Source: Azolla caroliniana (taxonomy: Eukaryota > Plantae > Polypodiophyta). Taken from it: a stretch of DNA of 64,000 bases. A model generated the notes under the pieces. The model did not search any database, was not told the origin of the DNA, and worked only from the letters and a program-made list of their open reading frames with translations. The translations under genes and the position numbers were made by a program. Numbering within the stretch: the first letter of the stretch is position 1; every line of letters begins with the position of its first letter. Below are positions 45,929 through 60,588 of this stretch, one piece after another. The DNA is taken from positions 10,292,001 to 10,356,000 of the forward strand of contig JBHGNT010000005.1 in assembly GCA_043228905.1 (NCBI GenBank), written 5' to 3'.

Positions 45929-48900
45929 ATGGCCTCTGTTCTGCTCCCTGGTTAGATTCAATCCAATTTGAGGGTTTCATTTTTCTTGCTTCTCCTTCTT
46001 TTCAGCTAAGGGTTTGACTTTTCTGCGTACAGTGCCTAACGTTCAAGATAATGGGTTCATGATCACATCCCAATCAGGAGGTTGTAATGGAAGCAGCAAG
46101 AAGACATTTAGGGTTTTCTCTTCGTCTCTCAGAAACAACAACAAGAGCTCTATCACCGTCAGGTAAATTTCTTCTCTTTTTCGCTCGGTCATGTGTTTTC
46201 TTTCTTCCATATGAGCTAGGGTTACACTCTAGTGCTGATATCAGCAAGGATTTTGTTTGGAAGTGAAAAATAGAGAGTAGCTAGGATGAGTGGTTTTATG
46301 TATAACGGACAAGGAAGTGTTGTTTAACCCTTACGTAAAGATCTCATAAGGAAATGGATGAAGCAGATGAATTTAAGCAATGTGAAACAAGGTCTCACTC
46401 CCCAATAAACATGTTTCAATGTGAATATGAGACGTCTCTGCATCTGGCATGTTAATAAGCAAGCAACACTGGAGGCTTGTGGTTGAGTAGACGATTTACG
46501 CATAGTCACATTGGACGCAATTTGTGGATGAAGAAATAAAGGAAAAATGATGCTGGATGGGAAGATCATGGTATGCACGATGCTATGTTCCGAGCAGTAT
46601 AGATGCAATCTTGCGCAGATAATCATAAATCATAAAACATATTCATGTTTTGTATAGGCCTAGTCAGTTGAGCATGGATCAGTATGTTGTGCTTGGTTAT
46701 AAGCAATATTCTTTATTACTACTTTTCCCTGACCTCCTAAGGAAACAATATTTTAGGAACAGTATGTGTGTACATCTGTGAATGATCTTGTCTAAGGATG
46801 GTTTATAGTTGATATCTTCACGCAGAGCCTTGGTTTCAGTGATAACTATATGTACATACATATGCATATGTGTACATACAGTATGCACCACTTCTAATGC
46901 TATTAATACCTTCTTTCGGGATTCAACTATGATGCATTCTTCATTTTCTCATTTAAAAGGACGACCTTGTGGTTTGTTTCACTTCTATTCTCATCCTCCC
47001 TGGAACTATTCAAGAATTAAAGGTTTCTTTTTATCCTTTACTCTGAAAAAACTGTGATTACTCGGTAGAGAGAACTCTTCTTCCTTCGCACCAGTGCTTC
47101 AAATGGGCATAGTTGGATTTCTGCTGCCTTCTTCTCATTGCAACCTTTCAGAGACTGAAATATTTGTTACCATGTTTTGGGAATTGGAATGAATCTACAT
47201 GTATGGCAAAGTGACATTTGACCTCCAAAACAGTATTCCTGCTCCAACTGTTCTAAAGTGGCGGGGATGCTCATGCATTATGAGGTTACATCTGACATAA
47301 TGAAATACTAAGGTCTGTGAAAGAAAACTATATGTGATCTACTTTTAATGTGCAGTATCACTGTAAGCCAGGACCATAGAAATTGTACATTTGATACAAG
47401 GTCCTTGTCATTGAACGCCTGCCCCAACACAGAAGTCACCGGATGCTGGATGTGTTTGGGTGGTCTATCCAACTCACTTTCCTAGGTGGAGTTGTGTCTA
47501 GGGGACACTTTAGATTCGTTTCAGATAGCGAGGCAACTTTGGCTGTCTTGACAAAACAAAAAATTATAAATTATACTGGATTTTTTAAAAACTATTCTCT
47601 GTAGAATTTTTAATTCAGGAATAACAGCTGTTTATTGATTTCACTATGTCTTATTAGATCACGTAAAAGTGAATTTCCGCGTCCATACTCGTGTTTTAGT
47701 CTCAAGATACAACATTTGAACATATTTTCTTCAGCCTTTGTAATGTTTTGTTTTCATCTTCATTTATGCATGATATTGATGCAGCTAAATATTGCATTGA
47801 TATGGTTTTGTGGTTTATGTATGGCCAGATTTAGTGACAGGCACACATTTGGTTCAGTTCTGGAGCATCTTTCAGTTCTTCAGAAGCGGAAAGAATACAG
47901 AACAGAAGTATGTGTTGCTGCAGATTTTCCTGATTCAAAACCTGATGCATCTTCATATATGGGAGATCTTGGTTATCATCCGCTTGAAGATATCTCCAGC
48001 TTTGAGAAGAAAAAGAATATGGAGCTCACAGATCGAAGGTTAACAGATGCAGAGATTGCACGTACTCTCACTGAGGTTTGTATACTATTCAACTCTATGG
48101 ACTGAAGCTCAATAAGTTTAGACCCAAAATTTATTTAATTCTGCCTGTTCTCTTTTTGTTTATGCAAGCTTCAATGCATCCTGAAACTTCCAAATATTTC
48201 AGGTTAATGAAAATGCTGTTATCTTTTCTTCATTGTGGGATGATGAAGATCACATTTTTGGCACAGAGGTGCAATTTCTTGTTGATGAGCACGGGGGTAA
48301 TATACATTTATCCTTCTTTTAATATATGCATATGTGTATATGTATATATAGTTTTACTTTGTCATTCATTACAAGGTTGAAATGGATTCTTTTTTCTGCA
48401 AGATTTCTATTTTCAGATTGATGATGATAGTGAATTTCTTGCAACTCTTAACAATGCGGGAAAACAGATGGTACGAGGCAATATTGAAATTAGCATCACA
48501 TGTCATTCCTTCTAGATTTGTTTGATTGTTTTGATTAATGACACATTTTAAACCTAGTTGATTGCTATCTGAAATTGAAATTTGTATTCAGAATGTTGCC
48601 ATAGGATATGATAGTATTGAAGACTGGATTCTTGAACAACAAGAAGTTCAGAACGGAAGCACACAACATGATTCCGATGAAGATAGTTTGGATTCTGATG
48701 AGGATGACGAGGAAGAGGTATGGTGGTGATTAAAAATTTATAAACATAAATCAATTGAGTTGGATATATATAAAAATATTCCCCAAACTTATGTTGCTTT
48801 TCATTGCTTGCAGCATGAAATCATGCTAGTTAGAAATTTGTATTCTTGTATGACTTATTTGTCTGAGTGCAGCAGTGGACGATTCTCACTGAAGAGGGTA

Positions 48901-51465
48901 CAGAACTCATCCTTGATGACCTGGAAGAAGAATCAGCAGAATCTATTGGAGATTGGAGTGGGCTAGGAACTCTACAATCCATTCATCCCCTTGATTTTGC
49001 AGATGCTTTGAGTTCGGTATGTATTGAGTACTTGAATTAAAATATCTTTCAGATGGCATACATTCTTTACTGAATTACAAATACTCTGGCTTACTGAAGG
49101 CTGCACTAGCAGATGATGATGTGAAAATTGAAAAGCCTTCCCAAAGCCTCAGAATTGTTGGTGAGGTGATCCGGTTGCATGGTGAAGAAGAGAAGTATGC
49201 AGAACAACTTTTTCAAGATAGATTTGGTAATGATGAAGAGAGTAATGCCGATGATGCTGATGATGAGGATGCTGATACTGATACTGATACTGATGCTGAT
49301 GATGAATGGCAGACTTCAACAGGCGTAGTAGAAAGAACACCAGCAGGTGCATGCTGTGTTTTCTATTTGGTTTAGATGAATATTGCAAAAGCTACATCAT
49401 TTTACTATTTAATATTAAATATGAATAAATGCATCTGTACTAGAGGAATTTCTTGATTTGCTCTTCCTTGGCTGTGCATTTTTAGAAATTTAGAACAGAC
49501 ATGGTATGCTTCCAATTTGCAGGCCAAGAGGACTCAGTATCTGTGATCAGTAGTTCAACTTCAACTGATTTTGTTGATTCCACAAGAAAGATATCCAACC
49601 AGCATAATTCTCTACATTCAAAATTTGGTGAAAAGTCCATGCTGTGGCCATCTGAAGGTGGGATTGGTGATTCTGATGGTGAAATGGTTGTGGAATTCAG
49701 GATGGTGTCAGATGACGGCGCTGAAGCAGAGGAAAACAAAGAAGACGAAAGCAACCAGAATGAATCTGGAGTTGCTTTCTACAAGCTTGATATTCAAAAC
49801 ATACATGTTATTTCATTCTTCCGCGCACAAGTACGTCTGATTTTGATTTCCTCAACTTTAAATTGGTTTATTATTTGGTTTTTTAACATACCTATGCATC
49901 TCCACATTGGAAAACTCATTATCTGAGGCATAAGCTTGTCTTGATATCTGGGGAGGAACTGGTGTTCACTTCTTTTTATATTTCTCTTGTACCTCATCTT
50001 TAAACATAAAATGGTTAATGAGAACCATTTTGTGAAGTGACCATAGAACCACTCTGAGCCACTCCTAGATTATTACTAGAAACTAGCACGAGTCATAACT
50101 TGTCATCATTTTCCATGTCAGCTTTGGATAGGGGCACCCACTTATTTTTAGAGGGATCACACCCTCTGGTTCTGTTTATGAGGAAGATGTTGAGTTCTGC
50201 GCCAAATCTGAGGTTATATCTATTCAGATGGTGACCCTGACACTTCATAGATCTTTCAAGACTTGTACATCCTTGGCTTTAACATCAGAGACATCCTTGG
50301 CTCTTTGCAGTTACAAACTTTGCCATTCTTCCAAACGCACTTCACTTATGTGCTTTTATCTCTCACTCCACACTCCCTTTGAAATTCTGAGAATTGAAAA
50401 CACAGTCCATATTTCCTCTTTCCTATGGGGTTCTCTGGGAGAGAGACTCTCCTTTTCTTCATGTTTTCAATAATTAATGGGTTAGTGCTTGAGTCATTTT
50501 ACCCTTTCTCCAACTATCCTCACACGTTCTTTCTCCAACTATTTAGTAAGACACCACTTTGTTGCAGTCAATGGTAGACAAGGTTGACTTCCAATCAGTG
50601 AAGCCGGATATTCTTTCTCGAGCAGGGCATGAAATCATTGAACGTTTGAATGCCCGTGGAAAAGTTCTCGAGGATGCATTGAAATCAGTATGTCTGCATA
50701 GGAAAGGACTTGAAGTGGAGGTAAGTTGCATCTATTTTCGTCTTTCTTATATGAGTGACATGATCCAGAAGTTATGCAATTGAGAACCTGTTTGCAACCT
50801 GATTTTTATCCATTGATGATTCATCTGAAAATTGTTATACAGTAAAAACTGTAGTAATGATTTATGAAACATTGATACATTGACCTATTTTATTTATACT
50901 AGAGCTAATAAAGAATAAAGATGTATCATATGTATATGTGTATTACTAGCTTTTAGGGAATGCATTATTTTCTTTTACAGTTGAGTAGGTGTTTTTTGGT
51001 TCAGACACTTGGTTCTTGCTTTAGAACTTTTTAACATTTTTCATGTAACTTTGCTAGTAATTTCTTTGCAGGAAGTGGCACTGCTTCATCTAGATAGCTT
51101 AGGGATGGATTTGCGTGTACATTGCGGAAGAGAAGTGAAGACTGTGAGAATTTCCTTCAGCCAACGGGTATATTTTATTGGATTTCCATGTCTAGTATCC
51201 AAATAGATTCTTAACTAAATGCAATTGTGAAAAGTGTCTTATTCTCGATCATTTTTTACTGTCTTATTAAGAGCATAACGAATAAAGTTTGAATGTCTCT
51301 CTCAAAGCACACCTTTTAACTGTAGTCTGAGGGCATTAGATGGATAATGTTTCTGAGCTGTCTTGGCAGGCAACATCTGAAGAGAATGCAGAGCAGCTCA
51401 TTAATGAGCTATTGTTTCCGGAAATTCCATTGAAAGGTCGAAGAAAGCGAAGGGCATGGCCGTAA
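45929..51465 (+). CDS. Multi-exon gene for an At3g49140/At3g59300-like uncharacterised protein, probably plastid-targeted
   Basis: Exons read by eye include 45929-45950, 46006-46162, 47356-47400, 47829-48075 (AADFPDSKPD..GYHPLED...AEIARTLTE), ~48200-49020 (several small), 49100-49345, 49522-49830, 50568-50720, 51072-51167 (LDSLGMDLRVHCGREVKTVRISF) and 51370-51465. GT-AG junctions. Ser-rich transit-peptide-like N-terminus. The 5' exons are less certain. Confidence 0.8.
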
Positions 51466-54048
51466 ATCAAGTATTTCTGATCTTTCTGCTCAATCAATTT
51501 CCATTGGCAAGCAGAAAACTTCATATTCATTTCGGATAGAAGTCACAAATGAGCGTCACTTAGATTACAAATTGCTGCGTATATGCATCCGAGTTTCCAC
51601 TTCAAACTGCTTGCCCATGCTCAGAAATGTTAATTCCCTGTAATCGTTCACATTTTAAAAGGAAATGGGCAGTTTAACATGATTTTTTGGATGGAAAGCA
51701 ATTAGCCTTGTGAGTCTGCCAACCCTTCTTTTGGGGTGCTGTCAGTAAAGAGAATCAGTGATGAGCACCTTAAGAGTGGAAAAACAAAAGACATGTACAT
51801 CCACAAAATGTCAGAAATAAAATTCTGTTACTTCTATTGAGTAAAAGCAATGGATGGCCTAATTTTCTTTGCCCCCAATTCACTAGTAAGTAGTTTAAAA
51901 CATTGCAACAAATATTAAGCCAAACCGAAGTCTAGTTACTCATGTTGTGTTGTGGTCTCCCTCGTAAACAGTGTCAAAGTGTTTACCTTATCACAATGCA
52001 TTTCAAAATCTGGTAGCTGCTTCTTAGTGTAAAAGTGTACTGAAAATTTTGGCATGTGGTTTCTGGCATTTGGAGCATAAGCACTAATAGGTATGATATG
52101 TGAACTTAATCAACTCAGCTATACATTGATCCCATAACTTTGTCATTGATGTCCTAGAGTCCTATCATAGGCCATGCAGTGTGCACATATAATGCACATT
52201 TAGTGTATTCAACATGGCCAGATATCCACCTAAGGCACTAGCCTTAACCTAATGCTAGATGTTTCACAAACACTAACATCCTTTGAATCCTATACGAGAC
52301 CGATTAAATATGCCCTAGATGTTTCACAAACACTAACAGTCTATATCAGCATTTTCTGTGCATCCTCAAGTTAAGATGGTTTGCATAAATGTTTGTGAGC
52401 TTTATATGCAACTGCAGAACTCACTATCAATCAATTAACTTTCTCACAAATCACTATCAATCAATTAACTTTCTCACAAATGTGTAGCAATTGACACAAA
52501 TAATAAGATTTCTCACAAACCACTTGGCTAAAAGAAAATCCATATACATGTGCAACCATTGATTGACACATGCGTGATATTTGCAATATTCGAGCATAAG
52601 AAATGGTCCCAAGAATATTATAAAACCATTCCTTTTGCAAAATAAATTTATATAATAAAAATTAGTTAATTCACTAAAAAAGAACAATCATTCATTAATA
52701 GATTATAAAAATATAATTAGTGTCAAGTTTCTTTTTTAGTGTCAAATAAAAAAGAGGGGAGTTTATGAGCCTTTCTTTTTTTTAATTTTTAATTTTTAAT
52801 TTTTTTAAACAACTATTTTTACATCTATTATAAAAATATGATTCGTGTCAAGTCCCCTTTTTAATGTTAAATAAAAATATCCATAACAAATTTTGGGAGA
52901 GTAAAAAGTGTGAAATTAATGAACCTTTATTTTTATTTTTTTATTTTTTATTTCCAAAACAAACTACTTCCTTTAGTTATGGCAATGTACATAAAAGATA
53001 ATATACAACTCATATCTTACATATTTTATTTTATTATTAAAAATAAAACGAATATTTTTACATCTATTATAAAAATATTATTAGTGTCAAAAGTCCCCTT
53101 TCTATTGTCTAAGTGAAAATATACCCTTTTTGATATCTAAGAGACTAAAAAAGAGGGAGTTTATTACCTCTTCTCTTTTTTAAAACGAATACGTTTTCGT
53201 GCATTCGTATTCATATTCGTATGCATTCGTGGGGCGAATATGTCAATCTATGCATGCAACCATGGCGAAATCTATCATTACTTCCATTAACCATTACAAT
53301 AGAATTTGTTATTTAAATAAATTAAAGCTTGCTAGATTGGTTGTCCATACAAAATTGAACAGATTTATCCTTGAATATAAAATTAGAGGGGTCTAAATGT
53401 ATAGAATAATACAATATCTATGCCTACTCTTTTTATAGAAACAATATACGACCCGAGTCAACTCCAATTACTGGTTAAGTTCTGCATTTTCGAGTACATA
53501 CGCAAATGAGAAACATGGGGCATTTCCTAATGTTTCATATCATGGCTCATGTAAAAAAAGTTAATAGGACATCTACATCCATGTCATAACATGATAATAG
53601 AAGATGGAACCTTGGGAATTGTTGGCTAATAATATTATTACCCTAGGAACAAGCTTTACCATCATTGAAAACTGGATTGAGCAAATCACGATAATGGTAT
53701 TGCGACACTCATATTGGCTCACATAAAAAAGAGGGAGAATGTTGCATATCAGAAACTTGAGGGTGAAAGTGAAACATAAGCTAAAACAAAGTTTTGGAAA
53801 ACTATAGAGCAAGTTTCGACAATACTTCACCGCCAATAATTTGTACATACATATATCAGAGCCGCCATTTATGTCCTTGGTGTAGTAGCTCAGAAAGTGT
53901 GATAAAAGTGTATGTTTTCAGGCTCAGACAAGAGGTACATATTGATAAACAATTACAATTCGCAATTATCGTATAGGCTGGCTGATATGTTACTTTTCTA
54001 CGAATATGTCATCACAACCCATATTGTATATCAGTTTCATTGAACTTT

Positions 54049-56491
54049 TTAAGATGTGAAGTGTCCCTTCCACCTTGCATAGCCCAAGATCACAAAGAAG
54101 AGGATGGCTGACACTGATACAAAGCTGGTAACAACAGGAGTGAAAACACCATGTTTATTGTACAACGGGCAGGGTATATTTACTGCCAAAGCCCCAGCAC
54201 ATCCCGAGACAAGGGAAGCTGTAAATGCTAATACACCCAGAGTGAGATGAAGCTGGATAAGCTCATTTCGTTGATTATCTAACCGAATGTTCACGTAGTC
54301 CTCAGTATCGTCAATATACTCACGTACCTTGCATTCAAATACATCCATTAGAGCATAGCCAAATCAACCTTCAAACATGCAAGAAAGGAATATTTGGAGA
54401 AGCATAATATAATGTATTGTTTATTGATATTGCTAAGGTGTTCAACTCAATGGCCACAAATTCATTCCTGTTTTTGTAAGTTGCATAAAGTCCATCTGAA
54501 TTGCTATGCACACAATCAAATTCAAACACAAACAATCTATTTAATCATCTAATGTATCTAAAGTTCAAATACACTCGAATCCGTTCACATGCATAATAGT
54601 GTATATAAACAAATTAAGATGCTTAAGTACAGATAGATAGTAGGTCTAATCATGCAGATAAACAAACTAATATGCTCAAGTACAGATAGGCTGTATGCAT
54701 ATAATACTGCAGATAAACAAAATAGGATGCAAAAGTACAGGTACAACGTCTATGTATTAACAGTGAAATAAACAAAATAAGATGCAAAAGTGGCCATAGA
54801 TAAAAAAAACATACCGCAAGAATCTTCTTTCGAGTACCATCAATCTGCACAAAGTATGCTTCAAGTAACATCTCAAGCTCCTCAACATTATAATCATTTG
54901 CAGAGCTTACAAAGCTGGTATTACTGGATCGGCGAGAACTCAGATGCGAAACTCGTGGTGAGTTCACAGGACTAACCATGGAATTCAATTCTTCTTCCTG
55001 AGCAATGAGATTCTTGCGAGTCAAATAGAGATGAGCCATGTCTTCATCATCATCGAGAAGGTGCTCCATTTCATCCCTCACCTGTCATTGTCTAAGAAGA
55101 AACAGATTGTGAGAATAACCAAGAGTTTTGTTTAGGGAGGATACCAAAAATCTGAAGTGACCCCAACTTTCCATTATTTCACCAGATACCCTTGGCTAAT
55201 CCTTGAAAGAGAGAGAAAAAGGACATGAAGTGACCGCATAAATTGCTCAAATAACATGTAATTGAGAAGGGGGTGAATTTAGTGTATGATTGCTCGCATT
55301 GCACTTATATAAAGGAATTTGAGGAAATAACAAAAGTCGGAGCATTTAGGGAAATAAGAAAAACTCGAGCAAAGAACCAGAAAGTAATGGCCTACCTTTT
55401 GCACACGAGCAAGGAGTCGTGTAAGATTGCTTTTTAAGCTTCGAACATGTTCTAAGTTGCTAGTACTAACATTCCGTGTTAGCTCATCTAAAATGGGATA
55501 TGCATTTTTCTCCAGCTCTGTCACTCTTGCATCCAGAGAACCACACACAACTTCAAGTGCTACTTCAAGAACTCTGAACTCAAATGGAAGTTCATCCTCA
55601 GTAGACCCAACAAAATCTGAGCCTAACAGAGGCTCATCTTCTTGAGTATCAGTTAGTTTGGATGACACAAGGTCTAGATTTCCATTTCTATGCACATCAT
55701 GGGTTCTTGAAATTAGGAGTTGCTCCTTCAGTTGGTCTATGAATGGAGCAACAGTTGCGGTTCTAGGATCCAGAATCAGAACTTCTTGTGCAGTCACAAT
55801 AGCTTTGATAAATTCCAGATTCACCACAATTGCCTTATCTCTTGCTGCAAACCATAAAAGAGAAATGATCTAATATGGCATCTTTTCAACTCACATAAAT
55901 AAATTAATCTCTCTACATAAATATTCATTGGACAATATACTATAAGACTTCTACATACAGACTAAAAATAACAAATTGACATTATAAATTTAAGATTACA
56001 GTTCTCACAAAAAGTCAACTTACTGAGAAAATATATATATATATATATATATGTTCATGAACAAAACAAAACATAAACAATTTGGTTTTCATAATTTCAA
56101 ATGAAACAGAGTTTCTGTGTGATAATGTTCATAGAGTAAGCACAAGGTCATAAACAGAAGAAAAAAAATTCAAATCTTATTGCCACAAGGGCTAGTCCAT
56201 GTCCCCTTGTCCATTCATAATAGACATCCTGGTCATTGTGAGGGAGATCATCCACGAAAGTGTATCATCCTCTAAAAAATGTGGTTGAGTCAGCGACAAG
56301 CTTATTAAGATGATAGGACCAATATCATTGCTCAATCGCACCACATTAATAGAATCACAGCATAAAAAATGATTAAGTCCAGTACTTAAAACCTTTATTT
56401 TTAAATTTAATGCTCACATGTGCCCTGGGTGCACCAATTATTTTGTGCATCAATTATTAGCACCTCATGGCTTTGAGGCATTCCATAAAGG

Positions 56492-56554
<63 letters not shown>

Positions 56555-56937
56555 GTATATACATACAGATATAACGATATGTAGACATGTATGTGCGAGT
56601 ATATATAGATGTATGTATATCTTTCTCTTTGAATAAAAAAGAAGAATCAATTACCTAGAATGCTCGAAGATTGGGAGAAGACAGGGCCCAAGATGCGAAG
56701 ATCACGAGCAGGAATGGAGACGAGCTTCGTGAGAGTACTCCTGTCCAATTCCAGAAGCTCGGAGTCGCCGTCGGACCGGAGGCGCATCCAGAGGCGACCA
56801 TCGGGTTTCTTCTTCTTCTTGAGGAAATTCATCTGAAGGATCTGTCCAGCGTCTTGCTGATGAGGCTTCCCATCCAGGACAGTGTAGGAAGCCCGGTCTG
56901 CGATGCGATCTCGGAAGAAGACCGGCGGCTTCCCCAT
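54049..56937 (-). CDS. MRS2: MRS2/MGT (CorA-family) magnesium transporter, MRS2-4/MGT6-like, 4 exons
   Basis: Exons 56937-56655, 55844-55396, 55081-54815, 54327-54049. Motifs IPARDLRILGP, VNLEFIKAIVTA, LPFEFRVLE, EELEMLLEAYF, EYIDDTEDYVNI.LD..RN.LIQ and two C-terminal TM helices. Confidence 0.95.
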
Positions 56938-57345
56938 CTATCTTTCTGGGTTTCTCTGTCTGTCTTGTCTGTTACTCTGATCAGAACAAGGAAGAATCAA
57001 TGGCCCATCATCCATCATGAGCCAATCAATATGTACATACATAACGGTGGGACTTGGTCACATCAACATGGAAAGGAAGGAAGGTCATTGGGGGGGCATG
57101 AAGAGCCTCTGTCATCTCATAAGGGGTGTGTGTGTGTGTGAATGTCCTTTAAGGGACACGAGAGTACATATCTCATCTTTGTACATATGTATGTATGTAC
57201 TCGAGAGGCAAGCTGATCGTCGTTGCGTCTTGATGCCATGGACACCTACCTTCCAATCCTGCTGACATTCCAAGAAAGCTTCGTATAAAATCCTGACCTA
57301 ATTGTTGCCATCATGTGAAACATCGAGAAGGTAAGAGATGACATT

Positions 57346-57376
<31 letters not shown>

Positions 57377-57382
<6 letters not shown>

Positions 57383-57930
57383 CGTAAGCCCATTACTTGG
57401 TGGCTTCATGTTATCAAGGCAGGTTGGTGTTCTCGATTGATGTTACGAGCGAAGGTATTTATTTGGAGAGTTATGGTTGGACTTGTGCCATTGGGGGATG
57501 CATTTAAAAAAAAAAACATTACTAAAGGAACATGTTTCTTTTGTTCGGTGGAATTGGAACATATTAGCCATCGATTTCTTTCATGCCCGATGACAAGGAT
57601 GGTTTGGAGGTGTATTAATTTAGTGTGGATGTCTCGAACTGGAGTAAGCCTATCGTCCTTTAGTTGGGTTTTTGCACATATGGAGAACAATGAACCGATG
57701 TCTCATTTCCAAATTATTTTTGAGTTCTTGAGGTATTGGAAGTTATGGTTCAATCGGAACATGCGGAATGCCTTCACTTTTGATTCGCAAGTTGGGGTGA
57801 CAAATATATGTTGTAAAGTTAAAAGGACTTGTTTTGTGGCAATTGACATTACTAGAGAAGTCACAAAATCTCAATCATGAAGAGAGAGATCTAAGGTCAC
57901 ATATCATCATATTCGCCATTTGAATTGGTG
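57377..57930 (+). mobile_element. LINE 3' fragment (zf-RVT-like); a shorter related piece lies at ~58360-58640
   Basis: KVFIWR...CFFCSVELEHISHRFLSCP...VW. Related to the LINE remnant near 43950-44180. Confidence 0.7.
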
Positions 57931-58003
57931 TGTAAGGTGCATCGAGTTTGGACTTTTAGTAGTATTTTGATCCATATAAGGGTTCTATACATTGCAGTAA
58001 GTT

Positions 58004-58193
58004 AGTCACGATGGTGTTTTTTTCCTTTCGTAATGAAAGCCATTATTTAGAGAGAGAGAGAGAGAGCCCAAATAGATGTAGCTTAGTTGGTAAGGTTCCC
58101 AGTCACGATGGTGTTTTCTTCCTTTCGTAATGAAAGCCATTATTTAGAGAGAGAGAGAGCCCAAATAGATGTAGCTTAGTTGGTAAGGTTCCC
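58004..58193. repeat. Tandem duplication of a ~95-bp unit containing (GA)n
   Basis: Unit AGTCACGATGG...TAAGGTTCCC at 58004-58100 and 58101-58193. Confidence 0.9.
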
Positions 58194-58236
58194 CAATGGA
58201 TGACCAGAAGGTCATGGGATTCCACAGTGGCATCTA
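58166..58236 (+). mobile_element. Degenerate tRNA-derived sequence (SINE head or tRNA pseudogene)
   Basis: A-box TAGCTTAGTTGG, AGAAGGTCATGGG before a damaged B-box, and complementary ends TAGATG/CATCTA. Confidence 0.45.
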
Positions 58237-60392
58237 GTAAATTAAGAAACATGTATGAAGTAATAGAGAGGTGTGAAAATTGGGTTTCGAACCCAAGATG
58301 TATTGCCAAAAGTTTTAACAAATTGGTGCTAGAGTAAGATAAATATAATAGAAAAAAACAGAGATCATTTTCTTATTCATGAGGTATTGGGGATTGCATG
58401 CAAGAAGCATAAAAAAGAATGATTCCAAAATAATAAAGTTATGTCTAATGTGTAATGATGTTATTTACAGATTACACAATTGTGATATGCACAATGCTTT
58501 CATATTTGATAGTAGGCATGAATTCAAAGCATATCTACGAAAGTTGAAAGGAGTAATAACGTGATAAATTTCTTTATTGCAGCAAGTAGAAATTCTTCTT
58601 CGGTGGAGTGTTTGGCAATTCAACATGTTCCACTACCCTTGTAGTTAGTGGGTGACCATACTCCATTGTAAATAGTTATACCCATAGCAAGTAATGTTTT
58701 TCATACACACATTTATTAATATAATTGTGTGTTTTCAACATCAAAGAGAGAGAGAGAAAGGTTGGGTTTCACATGCCTTAGGTGTCTTCTTTTTATCTTC
58801 TTTCGTCAACTAAGGTTGGGGTTCACATTTAACTAAAGTTAGGCATCACATGGCCCCCCACTTTTTGCACTCTTTTCTCTCATCCATCAACAAGAAAGAT
58901 TATTCATTTGGTTTGGTGAAAATGATTTGCAACACCTTGCAATATGCAAGCTAAACCATGTAATCATCAATGAGTCAAAAATGTTTTAGTAGTATTCAAC
59001 CAAGCTTTTTCCAGATTTCTAGGAACCTAGCACCAATGTCTGGGAAATGTTTCTTTAGTAATTGGCTTAGTGGTAGAATTTTTTATTGCAAGCCATGAAC
59101 ATGTTGTTTGAATGTTATTTGCTCACCATCATTCATTGAACGAAAACCCTATCATATGACACATATGAGCTTGACCCAAGTGGTAAAAAAATAAAAATAG
59201 TTGATGAATAAACTAAACACGCAAAAGACTATAGTCTATGATGATGAACATGTTTGCTCGATAATAATAAAAATGCATGCAAAATGACCATGTGAATAAG
59301 TATTACATGGTAGATCATAGTATGAAAACATTTTGTTTACTCGCCATATAAGCAAACAACGTCAAACATTTGTTGTTATATAGAAACATGCAAACACGAA
59401 TGTGTAATGCTACAGCCTGGCCTTTGAAAGTGGCAAGTTTCATATCGAGCAATCGATTTGACTGAGCATTCAATAAAATCTCAAAAACACATGGTAAAGA
59501 AACCAAGAAAATGTAGGCACTCTACAATTTATTGTTCTTTTGGTTGTTGGGCAAAAGTGGCATTTATTTGCTAGAGGACGGATGCATTTGCTACCACTAT
59601 CCCCATACTAAATGCTTCATCACTCATTTGGATGATTGCCAGCCCTTTGTGCTAGGCTGTGGTTTTGGTAGAAGAAAAAGGCGAAATTTATCTCTCAATG
59701 AAAATTGTCCTTATGTAAGTTGGAACCTCGAATTTACTAGGTCGATAGGTATATCCCTCACCTTTTATGACCATATTTGCATGTGCAAAGGTTGTTCCGA
59801 CGTATTCATCATCTTCTTGATAACAACTAGTCTCACAATAAATCATGCAAATTCGTTGCCCATCAATACATGGCCTGATTTTTCGTAGGACCGTAGTATG
59901 ACAATTTATCCGAGTTCATAGGACCATAGTCTAATTTCCATGTCTGAGTTTCATATAAGCACCATTGATATGTGACACTATTTGATCTTAGTGAAAGGCC
60001 AACCTTTTGTCCAAACAAGGAATAAGGAGGTAGGCAACTGTGTAATGCACTCACCGCCATATACACTTGGATTCAAGGTATTGAGGGTTAGTTTCAATTG
60101 TTTGGCTGGGCATGTATGGCTCCAAATGCTTGGTCATGTTAAGCTCGAGCAAGGATAGAGGATGATGTGATAGTCATTGTGATATGATGGTAGCATTAAC
60201 CTAGCAACCCCATTTTGTTGTATCAATAAAGAAAACAAGTATTTTGAAGATCATTTAATTCATTGCTTTCTTGATGATTCATCATTCTTTTGGAGTAAAC
60301 ATAGGCATACATATATGGCATCCTCCAAAGAAGAAGACGAAGAAGTAGATATGAAGCTTTTATGTCAAAGTGCAAGGGCAGCATTGAATTCA

Positions 60393-60440
<48 letters not shown>

Positions 60441-60588
60441 GTATATATACACATATATCTTCCACTGTACCCGGTTCTATTTGCTCCTTTGCACTTGCTC
60501 TTGTATATATATTTATATATGTCTTAATTCTGAGGGGATTCCCACATTGTTGCCATGAGGTCTTAAGAGTGAGGAGAGAGACATTAGC

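Noticed and set aside
59060-59115. TGGCTTAGTGGTAGA A-box-like motif
   Set aside because: No convincing B-box or cloverleaf, so too degenerate to call.
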